A DNA stretch of 32,000 nucleotides from Sedimentisphaera cyanobacteriorum (lineage in GTDB: Bacteria; Planctomycetota; Phycisphaerae; Sedimentisphaerales; Sedimentisphaeraceae), in contig NZ_CP019633.1 of assembly GCF_001997385.1 (NCBI RefSeq), positions 2,070,001 through 2,102,000 on the forward strand, written 5' to 3'. Each line of letters opens with the position of its first letter. Position 1 is the stretch's first letter. The notes beneath the pieces are model-generated. The model had not been told where the DNA came from and made no database searches. It was given only the letters and a program-made list of their open reading frames with translations. Positions 25,005 to 32,000 of the stretch are shown here, piece by piece. The position numbers and the translations under genes are program-made.

Positions 25005-26015
25005 ATGACAAGGAAAAATATCATAGCAGCAAGTTCCTGCGGTTTTTGCCTATATCTATTATTTGCGATTACTGTAATTCTTTTTTGCCCTTTGGTTGGT
25101 GCCGAATCACTGGATATAAAATTAATTCTTCAGGATATACGAGGTGGAAATATACACCAGATCGACACCGATATTTTTATATATCAAAGACTGCCGCGTG
25201 TGCTTCTCGCATTTATAACAGGAGCAGCCTTAGCTGTTGCAGGCAATACTTTTCAGATAATTCTTCGCAATCCACTGGTTACGCCATATACGCTTGGTGT
25301 AACTGGTGGTTCTGCGGTCGGTGCTTATCTAGCTATTGCATTTCCGGCCATAAGCGGAATACTCGGAAAAGCAGGATCGGTACAACTAATGTCGATGGCT
25401 GGAGCAGGAGTAATCGGTTTGCTTATTTACACTGCTTCACGTCGTAAAGCGGGGCTATCAATGTACACGATGCTTTTAGCCGGTGTTACAATAAGCATCA
25501 TGTGCGGGGCATTTATAATACTCATTCGATACCTGACCAAACCCCATTTGCTCGTTTCACTTGACAGATGGACCATGGGAAGACTTGATATTGTTGGCTT
25601 TGACAATTTTTATTCGATTATTCCGTTGGTTGTGATTGCTCTGGCAATGATAGGATATCATGTCCGAAGTCTTAATCATATTTCACTCGGTGATGAAATG
25701 GCTATGGGGCACGGAGTTGATGTGGCTTGCGTTCAGAAATATTGTTTTATAGGTGGCTCTATTGCTACCGCTGCTGTTGTCTCAGCAGCCGGGCCAATTG
25801 GTTTTATCGGTTTGATCGTTCCCCACGTCACAAGAAAGATATCCGGCTTTGATAATAGAATTGTTATGTTTGGCTGTTTTTGCCTTGGGGGTGCTTTTCT
25901 TGTTTTGTGTGATGCAATAGCCAGAACGCTTATCGCTCCAACCGAAATACCGGTGGGCGTCATCACGGCTCTTATCGGCGGACCATGTTTTATATACTTA
26001 TTGATTAAAAGATAA
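25005..26015 (+). CDS. FecCD-family ABC importer permease (BtuC-like)
   Basis: 336-aa polytopic protein with FecCD-like blocks (RLPRVLLAFITGAALAVAG, GPIGFIGLIVPH). Follows the ATPase with a 2-nt gap. Confidence 0.85.
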   Translation: MTRKNIIAASSCGFCLYLLFAITVILFCPLVGAESLDIKLILQDIRGGNIHQIDTDIFIYQRLPRVLLAFITGAALAVAGNTFQIILRNPLVTPYTLGVTGGSAVGAYLAIAFPAISGILGKAGSVQLMSMAGAGVIGLLIYTASRRKAGLSMYTMLLAGVTISIMCGAFIILIRYLTKPHLLVSLDRWTMGRLDIVGFDNFYSIIPLVVIALAMIGYHVRSLNHISLGDEMAMGHGVDVACVQKYCFIGGSIATAAVVSAAGPIGFIGLIVPHVTRKISGFDNRIVMFGCFCLGGAFLVLCDAIARTLIAPTEIPVGVITALIGGPCFIYLLIKR

Positions 26016-26027
26016 CAGGAGGTTTTT

Positions 26028-26582
26028 ATGGAAGTCCAATTTGAGAAAATAAAATCAAATTCACTTGAGAAAGGATATATTCAGGTTTACACCGGCAATG
26101 GAAAAGGTAAAACAACGGCAGCCATTGGCCTCGCTGTTCGTGCCGCAGGTGCCGGACTGAGAGTTTTTTTTGCCCAATTCATCAAAGGTATGCTTTACAG
26201 TGAAATTGAAGCACTGGAAAGATTTTCTGAACTCATTACCGTAAGGCAATATGGCAGAGGTTGTTTCATTGACAAAAATCCTGGGCAGGAAGACATAGAA
26301 GCTGCCCATCATGGGCTTGAAGATATCGAAATGATAATAAAATTTGAAGAGTATGATGTTATTATTCTCGACGAAGCAAATGTAGCTGTACAATGCAACC
26401 TTATTACTGCTGATGAACTTCTTGAGCTTATCAATGAAAAACCATTTGGTACGGAACTTATTATTACAGGTCGTTATGCAAGGAAAGAAATCCTTGCAGT
26501 TGCCGACCTTATAACTGAAATGAGAGAGGTCAAACACTACTATCAAAATGGAATACAGGCAAGAGCGGGAATTGAAAAATAA
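26028..26582 (+). CDS. cobO: Cob(I)yrinic acid a,c-diamide / corrinoid adenosyltransferase
   Basis: YTGNGKGKTTAAIGLAVRAAG P-loop, typical of CobA/CobO/BtuR. Size is 184 aa. Confidence 0.85.
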   Translation: MEVQFEKIKSNSLEKGYIQVYTGNGKGKTTAAIGLAVRAAGAGLRVFFAQFIKGMLYSEIEALERFSELITVRQYGRGCFIDKNPGQEDIEAAHHGLEDIEMIIKFEEYDVIILDEANVAVQCNLITADELLELINEKPFGTELIITGRYARKEILAVADLITEMREVKHYYQNGIQARAGIEK

Positions 26583-26603
26583 GTTTTCTTTAATGGTATA
26601 GCC

Positions 26604-27140
26604 ATGAATCAAATTATATTTGTAACAGGTGGTGCTCGCAGTGGAAAAAGCAGTTTCGCTCTTGATTGCGCCTCAAAATATAAAAACAGAGTATTTATCG
26701 CCACTGCCAAGGCAATTGATAAGGAGATGTCTGATAGAATCCAAGCACATAAGAATCAGCGAGGCTCAGATTATAAAACAATCGAAAAGCCTGTAAATTT
26801 GTCACAAGCAATATCTGATTTAGAGAATAATGTTGAAATAGCCGTAATAGATTGTCTGACTGTCTGGCTGGGAAATCTTTTTTACAAAATAAAAGAACTG
26901 CATCTTATCCAAAACTACATTGATGAATTTGCCTCAAGTATTCGTAAATGTCCATGTAAGCTTGTTATTGTCAGCAATGAAGTCGGCATGGGCATTGTGC
27001 CCGGAAATGAATTGACAAGACAATTTCGGGATCAGGCCGGAAATCTGAATAAGAAAATAGCTCAAATCGCTGACACAGTAGTTTTAATGGTCAGCGGAAT
27101 ATCTGTGGCAATAAAAGGAAATTATGAAAACGTTTGGTAA
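26604..27140 (+). CDS. cobU: Adenosylcobinamide kinase / adenosylcobinamide-phosphate guanylyltransferase
   Basis: VTGGARSGKSSFA P-loop. Size is 178 aa. The context is cob genes. Confidence 0.85.
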   Translation: MNQIIFVTGGARSGKSSFALDCASKYKNRVFIATAKAIDKEMSDRIQAHKNQRGSDYKTIEKPVNLSQAISDLENNVEIAVIDCLTVWLGNLFYKIKELHLIQNYIDEFASSIRKCPCKLVIVSNEVGMGIVPGNELTRQFRDQAGNLNKKIAQIADTVVLMVSGISVAIKGNYENVW

Positions 27141-28641
27141 AAAGGCAAAATGCATTTCCATATTAGGAACAGGTTCTGATGTCGGTAAAAGTATAGTTGC
27201 TACGACACTGTGTCGTATTTTGAGTGATCGGGGATTAAAGGTTGCTCCATTCAAAGCTCAGAACATGTCAAATAACTCTTTTGTTACAAAGAGCGGACAT
27301 GAGATAGGTCGAGCACAAATCGTCCAGGCACAAGCAGCAAGGGTTGAAGCCACCGCCGATATGAATCCGGTACTGCTTAAACCATGTACTGATACCGGAG
27401 CACAAATTGTTCTTCATGGGAAACCATTCGGTAACTGCCTGGCCTCAGATTATTTTGCTGATACTAATTTTCTTTTTGGTAAAGCCCTTGAAAGTTTAAA
27501 TAGGTTAAAAAGTAAATACGAAGTGGTGGTTATGGAAGGAGCAGGCTCATGTGCTGAAATAAACTTGAGGGAAAAGGATTTTGTTAATTTCAAAATTGCT
27601 CATGCAGCAGAGGCCTCGGTAATTCTTGTTGCTGATATTGACAGAGGTGGTGTTTTTGCACAAATAATTGGCACATTGAACATCATACCTGAAAAAGATC
27701 GTCGAGCAGTCAAAGGAATCATTATCAATCGTTTTCGAGGTGATGCGAGCTTATTTGATGATGGAATACAGTATATCGAAGAAAAAACAAATCTTCCAGT
27801 TCTTGGTCTTGTTCCTTTTTTCTATCATATTGAAATTGACTCGGAAGATGGAATGCCTATCGAAACAATCATTGATCCGAAAACTGGTCCCGTGGGAAAT
27901 AAAATCAATATCGCCTGTATCCGGCTGCCGCATATATCAAATTTTACAGATTTTAATCCACTAATTCGTGAAGATACCGTCAATTTTCATTACCTTACAA
28001 AGCCTCGAAATCTGATTGGCTATGACTTGCTTATTTTGCCAGGCAGCAAAAATGTCAGAAGCGATATGCAATGGCTGATAGATACTGGATGGGTTGATGC
28101 TGTTATACAATACAAAGAAACCAATGGCCTAATTCTTGGAATTTGTGGCGGTTACCAACTGCTTGGATTAGTTATAGATGACCTAGAAGGAATTGAAGGT
28201 CAGCCGGGACAAACCAAGGGCCTTGGACTACTTGATGTTGAAACGAAATTGCATCCCCAAAAAATTACGACCAGAACTACTGGTTACTGGATGGGTTTTG
28301 AGAATATAAATATCGTAGGATATGAAATCCACATGGGGCTAACTAAACCGGTTGGAAGAGGTAAACCGGTAATGATGCTGAGAAGCAGAAATGAAATTGA
28401 TGTTAATATTACCGATGGATGGCAAACAGACAATGAAAAAGTTCAAGGTGTTTATCTACACGGACTTTTCGATGAACCGGTTTTCAGAAAAGCTTATCTG
28501 TCTTTACTGAAACCAGAAATTTTCAATTTTTATGATGAACCATCAAGTGTTTCCTTGCCTGAATTTCGAGAAGAACAATATGACCTGCTGGCGAAACATT
28601 TTCAAAAGTATGCAGACATTAAAAAAATACTTAAAAGTTGA
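27124..28641 (+). CDS. cobQ: Cobyric acid synthase
   Basis: N-terminal GTGSDVGKS and C-terminal glutamine amidotransferase GICGGYQLLG. Size is 505 aa. Confidence 0.9.
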   Translation: MKTFGKKAKCISILGTGSDVGKSIVATTLCRILSDRGLKVAPFKAQNMSNNSFVTKSGHEIGRAQIVQAQAARVEATADMNPVLLKPCTDTGAQIVLHGKPFGNCLASDYFADTNFLFGKALESLNRLKSKYEVVVMEGAGSCAEINLREKDFVNFKIAHAAEASVILVADIDRGGVFAQIIGTLNIIPEKDRRAVKGIIINRFRGDASLFDDGIQYIEEKTNLPVLGLVPFFYHIEIDSEDGMPIETIIDPKTGPVGNKINIACIRLPHISNFTDFNPLIREDTVNFHYLTKPRNLIGYDLLILPGSKNVRSDMQWLIDTGWVDAVIQYKETNGLILGICGGYQLLGLVIDDLEGIEGQPGQTKGLGLLDVETKLHPQKITTRTTGYWMGFENINIVGYEIHMGLTKPVGRGKPVMMLRSRNEIDVNITDGWQTDNEKVQGVYLHGLFDEPVFRKAYLSLLKPEIFNFYDEPSSVSLPEFREEQYDLLAKHFQKYADIKKILKS

Positions 28642-28660
28642 TATGTCAATTGGAGCATAA

Positions 28661-29737
28661 ATGAAAACCAAGCCTTACACGATGCTGTTGATGATGCTTG
28701 CAGGCTGGATCAATCGACAGCAGCAGGAGGCGATAAATTTTCTCATGGAAGAGAACAAAATCTTAAAGCACGAGCTTTTAAAAGCTACGGGCAAAAAGCG
28801 AATCATCTTAAGTAATAAACAAAGACGGAGATTGGCTATTCTTGCCAAGCGAGTTGGAAGGAAGATGCTGTTTGAAATTTCTTGTGTATTTTCGCCAAAT
28901 ACGCTGCTCAAATGGTTTAGAAAACTGGCAGGGAAAAAGTATGATGGCAGCAAGAATCGTAAGAAGTTCGGAAGGCCTCGAATATCTGATGAACTTAAAC
29001 AGCTTATTATAAAAATGGCCAAAGACCACAAACATCTTGGCTGCAGACAGCTTCATGGCTATCTTAAGTACCTTGGCTACAAAGTTTCACCGGCTACTAT
29101 TAGCAGAGTATTAAGGGAGCACGGCATCGAGCCTGCTCCAGACAGACCTATTAAAACAACATGGAACGAATTTATCCGTGCTGAATGGGGCTCACTTATA
29201 GCAATCGATTTCTTCAATATTGAGGTGTTAACCTTAGGGGGCATAATTCGCTATATGGTTCTGTTTGCGATTGACTATAAAACAAGAAGAGTTGAAATTC
29301 TTGGTATCACTCCTCAGGCATACGGTGACTGGATGAAGCAGATAGCAAAGAATCTGACAGATCCTTTCAATGGATTCAGTAAGGGCAAGAGTTTTATTAT
29401 CATGGATCGAGATCCATTATTCACCCAGGAATTTCGTGACATCCTTGATAACTCCGGTGTGAAGCCCATAAGGACAACCGTTGCTTCACCGAATTTGAAT
29501 CCCATGGCTGAGAGATGGGTTCGCAGCATAAAATCCGAATGTCTCAATAAGATGATTATCATGGGTGAGAAGCATCTGAGGTATTGTATCGATCAGTATT
29601 TAATCCATTACCATACGAGCCGTCCGCACACCGGGCTCGGTCATAATATGATTGATCCGCAGCCTCAAGGCAAAGGCAAGATAGTACGCCATGAGAGACT
29701 CGGCGGATTACTGAAATCATGGAGGAGAGCGGCGTAA
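28661..29737 (+). CDS. rve (DDE integrase-core) transposase with an N-terminal coiled-coil/HTH region (IS481/IS3-superfamily-like)
   Basis: Candidate DDE residues lie in AIDFF, IMDRD and NPMAERW. GRPRISDELKQLIIKMAKD is typical of transposase N-terminal regions. Confidence 0.8.
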   Translation: MKTKPYTMLLMMLAGWINRQQQEAINFLMEENKILKHELLKATGKKRIILSNKQRRRLAILAKRVGRKMLFEISCVFSPNTLLKWFRKLAGKKYDGSKNRKKFGRPRISDELKQLIIKMAKDHKHLGCRQLHGYLKYLGYKVSPATISRVLREHGIEPAPDRPIKTTWNEFIRAEWGSLIAIDFFNIEVLTLGGIIRYMVLFAIDYKTRRVEILGITPQAYGDWMKQIAKNLTDPFNGFSKGKSFIIMDRDPLFTQEFRDILDNSGVKPIRTTVASPNLNPMAERWVRSIKSECLNKMIIMGEKHLRYCIDQYLIHYHTSRPHTGLGHNMIDPQPQGKGKIVRHERLGGLLKSWRRAA

Positions 29738-29842
29738 AGTTATTTAACAATTTGGTGTTTTGATTAAGGAGCATATAGAGAAGGTCTATACTCACTATGA
29801 TAAAACTGCATAGTGTCTGAATTGATGGCTATCTGATCTCAG

Positions 29843-29872
29843 GAACAGATGCATTTTAACCAGCATCTGTTC
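29843..29872 (+). terminator. Perfect 10-bp inverted repeat hairpin with a weak T-tail
   Basis: GAACAGATGC-attttaacca-GCATCTGTTC followed by TTTG. Confidence 0.35.
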
Positions 29873-29877
29873 TTTGA

Positions 29878-29917
29878 AAGGCAGGTCTGGCCAATTTGCA
29901 GGATAATACGACTTTTG
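29878..29917 (+). repeat. Collapsed third copy of the island junction element (Repeat A 5' end + promoter-module 3' end)
   Basis: AAGGCAGGTC..CAATTT matches the start of Repeat A (11243-11258). TTGCAG-GATAATACGACTTTTG matches the ends of 6330-6370. The 12-mer ATAATACGACTT is exact at 3795, 6354 and 29903. Confidence 0.6.
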
Positions 29918-30200
29918 AAGCGCTACTGGAACGGTTAATTTTAAATGCTTCAGAGGATGTTTAAGGCCCCTTAAGCTTTGGAAGATTTAGAGAGCATCGT
30001 AAGCCGTTTAGAGGCCTTTGATTTATAACAGATATGGACATTCAATTTTATAATATATCGTGTGAACTAAGGGACGCGTACCAAAACGCGTACCAAATAT
30101 GCACCTTTAGTACTACTTTAGTTTAACTTTGATTCTACCTTGGTTTTCATAAGTCTTTATTGACACTGCATTAACCTCTTTCTGGCAACAACTTACAATC

Positions 30201-30255
30201 ATAGAGCATCGGACTGTCGATCCGAAGGTTGAGGGTTCGAGTCCCTTCGCGTTAG
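30201..30255 (+). tRNA. 3' fragment (about 55 nt) of a tRNA-Asp(GUC) gene; not a complete tRNA
   Basis: Anticodon arm TCGGA-CTGTCGA-TCCGA, T arm GAGGG-TTCGAGT-CCCTT and acceptor 3' strand CGCGTTA. No complementary 5' acceptor strand or D-stem 5' strand lies upstream. Confidence 0.55.
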
Positions 30256-30819
30256 GATAACTTTACCCGACTGGTCATAACTTAAACCTATTGGCAGCGG
30301 TACTTGCAATTCTCCTCGGCTGGCTTTGTTTAGAATGCCTCCTCGAAGACGAGCTCGCAGCATATGGAGTTCAGCTTCGCTCATTGTACCCTTCATCCCA
30401 AGCAGCAGGCGATCATTAAAATGGCTGGGATCATAAAGACCATCTTCATCTAATATCAAAGTGTCCGTTAAAGCACATATCTCAAGAAGACGGTGCCAGT
30501 CACTGGAGTTGCGGGCAAGACGAGAAACTTCCAAGCCTAAAACTATACCTGCCTTGCCCATTCCGACATCAGCAACAAGCTTTTGAAAGCCTTCACGATC
30601 TTTAGCAGATGCACCGGATTGCCCCAGATCACTGTCAATGACAATTACGTTGTCATCGGTCCATCCCAATGCAGTGGCTCGCCTGCGAAGATCATACTGC
30701 CTTCTGGTGCTCTCTGTGTTATGGAATACCTGATGGATTGTTGATTGTCGGATATACAAATAAGCGTCACGCTTGAGATGTTCGGGACGTACTTTTTGAT
30801 GATGAGTATCGCTGATCAT
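30256..30819 (-). pseudogene. Truncated large serine recombinase (catalytic resolvase domain only, about 187 aa)
   Basis: Motifs YLYIRQST (catalytic Ser region) and EVSRLARN. Homology-like sequence ends at ...PIGLSYDQSGKVI, exactly where the tRNA fragment begins. The ORF tail TRRDSNPQPSDRQSDAL is antisense tRNA. A strong GGAGGTGG RBS precedes ATG 30819. Confidence 0.75.
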
Positions 30820-31055
30820 AATGCCACCTCCTGCAATGTCGATAGAACCATCTCTGAGATAGTCATCACCATTCGGCTCCGAATCGTATCAGGTACAGCT
30901 ATATTTGTATCGGGTACAGAGATGGCAGGTACAACCGTTTGCTGCTGAGATGATTCAATTTTTGAGAAGGCATATACCCATGCCAAAAATCCACGATGTA
31001 TCAACAACGACAGCCCCCATCCCTGGCAACAGTAGTCTCTGCCCTCCAGTATCAT
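30816..31055 (-). CDS. Small ORF (79 aa from ATG 31055; possibly longer via a frameshift from the upstream ORF), coupled to the recombinase
   Basis: Its TGA overlaps the recombinase ATG as ATGA. The sequence ...GWGLSLLIHRGFLAWV... is protein-like. There is no in-frame ATG/GTG/TTG between 31055 and the upstream gene's stop. Confidence 0.4.
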   Translation of the reverse strand: MILEGRDYCCQGWGLSLLIHRGFLAWVYAFSKIESSQQQTVVPAISVPDTNIAVPDTIRSRMVMTISEMVLSTLQEVAL

Positions 31056-31117
31056 TTGGCGTAATTGCTCGTAACGTTCAAGGCAATGGTCAAAGCATTC
31101 GCCAGACTCTGATAAAT

Positions 31118-31579
31118 TTACAGCCCTTTTTTTAATTGACGCTGCAGTGCACGTTCGATACTGCGGGGATGTACGCTTAATCCGAAATGTTGTTTTATAC
31201 GAGTTGCTAGATCCGTTGCCTGAAGAGTCGCTTTTTTGTTTTTGCAGGCTGAGATAAATGCCATTACATCTTCGGTTAATTTGTGGGCATGCCTGGGACC
31301 TCGCTGATGCGGCATTAGACCGGCTAATCCGTGCTGGTCGTAAGCATGCTGTATCTGGTAGTATGAAACACGAGAAAAACCAAACTTTTTTGCCACCTTC
31401 GAAACTGATTCTCCATCCTGCCGCACCCGTCGAAGCATTTCGTACTTGACCTGCAGCATATCCCTTGGGTCGAAAAACTCGCTGCCTGAAAATAGATCGT
31501 CCGCAACGTTTTCCGGATGCGCATTTAATGTGCCGTTTTGACCAAGTGCTTCCAGTTTTACATCGCCATAATCTTCCAT
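31118..31579 (-). CDS. Transposase-type helix-turn-helix protein
   Basis: SVSKVAKKFGFSRVSYYQIQHAYDQHGLAGLMPHQRGPR resembles IS OrfA-type HTH domains. Ends 2 codons after an A7G run. Confidence 0.65.
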   Translation of the reverse strand: MEDYGDVKLEALGQNGTLNAHPENVADDLFSGSEFFDPRDMLQVKYEMLRRVRQDGESVSKVAKKFGFSRVSYYQIQHAYDQHGLAGLMPHQRGPRHAHKLTEDVMAFISACKNKKATLQATDLATRIKQHFGLSVHPRSIERALQRQLKKGL

Positions 31580-31801
31580 GATATCGATCTCCTAAACAAG
31601 ACATTTTAACTGTTAGTCTTATTATGCCGGAAATCAGGGAGTTGTCAAGTAAAAAATGTCGTAAATCACTACAGGATAATGCCGTTAAAGCTAATCTAAA
31701 CACAAATAAGGCCTGTTTCGGGAAGCTGATAGCCGGCATAATAAGATTTACACAAAAGGCATAATTTACTTTGCGCTCAATTGGGATTATTGGGCATGTC
31801 A

Positions 31802-32000
31802 TTATTTGCCCTCCACCATGAAATCATCGATTAGCCCAACGAGTTCAAGTAGTTCCCTGAACCGGAAAGCACTGCGGCCTTGAGAGATGAAATTAAATGG
31901 ATGAGGTTCATAAATGCTTGTCCAGCAAGCAGGTATGGATGTCAATCGCCCATCTTCCTGACGATAAAATACTCGATCTTCGCCCCAGGTTTGCTTAAGC
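31802..32000 (-). CDS. 3' end of an unidentified gene (5' end off window)
   Basis: Hand translation of the - strand is open to the window edge: ...WGEDRVFYRQEDGRLTSIPACWTSIYEPHPFNFISQGRSAFRFRELLELVGLIDDFMVEGK*. It vaguely recalls small proteins found beside serine recombinases, but I could not verify this. Confidence 0.35.
   Translation of the reverse strand, partial: LKQTWGEDRVFYRQEDGRLTSIPACWTSIYEPHPFNFISQGRSAFRFRELLELVGLIDDFMVEGK

Noticed and set aside
26061-26612. 183-aa antisense ORF covering cobO (similarly 22881-23315 - over cobC, and 24908-25447 + in another frame over the ATPase/permease junction)
   Set aside because: The sense genes have unambiguous family motifs and operon-consistent spacing. 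The antisense products are Phe/Asn/Lys-rich, as expected from AT-rich DNA.
30180-30255. A complete tRNA-Asp gene
   Set aside because: The 5' acceptor strand complementary to CGCGTTA and the D-stem 5' strand (GCTC) are absent upstream. Only the 3' ~55 nt fold as a tRNA.
31137-31802. Upstream two-thirds of the 328-aa ORF 30816-31802 (-) overlapping the HTH gene
   Set aside because: This part translates to Cys/Arg/Ser-rich non-protein-like sequence and completely overlaps a convincing HTH ORF in another frame. Only the part downstream of the A7 run (30816 to about 31136) looks coding.

Overview
All assignments come from reading motifs by eye; no database search was run. This is a low-GC bacterial chromosome segment. 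Hand counts of single 60-nt lines give about 35-40% GC in the backbone. The organism looks Planctomycetota/Phycisphaerae-like: there is a PEP-CTERM anchor, a DUF1559/H-X9-DG pseudopilin and dockerin-like repeats.

Layout:
(1) 1-3469 plus 11534-13956 form one + strand locus. It contains a ChaN-like protein (5' end off window), a 43-aa Cys-rich micropeptide, a HemN/ChuW-like radical SAM enzyme fused to an ECF S-component-like membrane domain, an ECF T component, a tandem ECF ATPase, a flavodoxin and a PNPOx-like protein.
(2) An accessory island of about 8 kb (about 3470-11533) splits this locus between the T and ATPase genes. The island holds a strictly phased 21-bp repeat array, two copies of a consensus promoter module and two copies of a ~225-bp repeat.
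(3) The island carries two gene cassettes. Cassette 1 encodes three membrane-anchored proteins: a Zn-ribbon protein, an SGNH hydrolase and a DEDDh exonuclease. Cassette 2 is a foreign, high-GC (about 62-63%) RM-like trio: a degenerate methyltransferase paralogue, an NPPY adenine methyltransferase and a T5orf172/GIY-YIG + SF2 helicase. These two cassettes and their junction modules are the best candidates for an undescribed defence-type system.
(4) 14442-16951 is an IS21-family element (istA/istB) with nested terminal repeats.
(5) 17049-28641 holds a promoter and a cobalamin riboswitch, then PEP-CTERM, large secreted and DUF1559 genes, then cobT-cobS-cobC-btuFDC-like-cobO-cobU-cobQ.
(6) 28661-32000 holds an rve-type transposase, a collapsed third copy of the island junction module, a tRNA-Asp 3' fragment abutting a truncated serine recombinase, and upstream HTH and small ORFs with a possible -1 frameshift site.

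No rRNA, CRISPR array or intact tRNA was seen.
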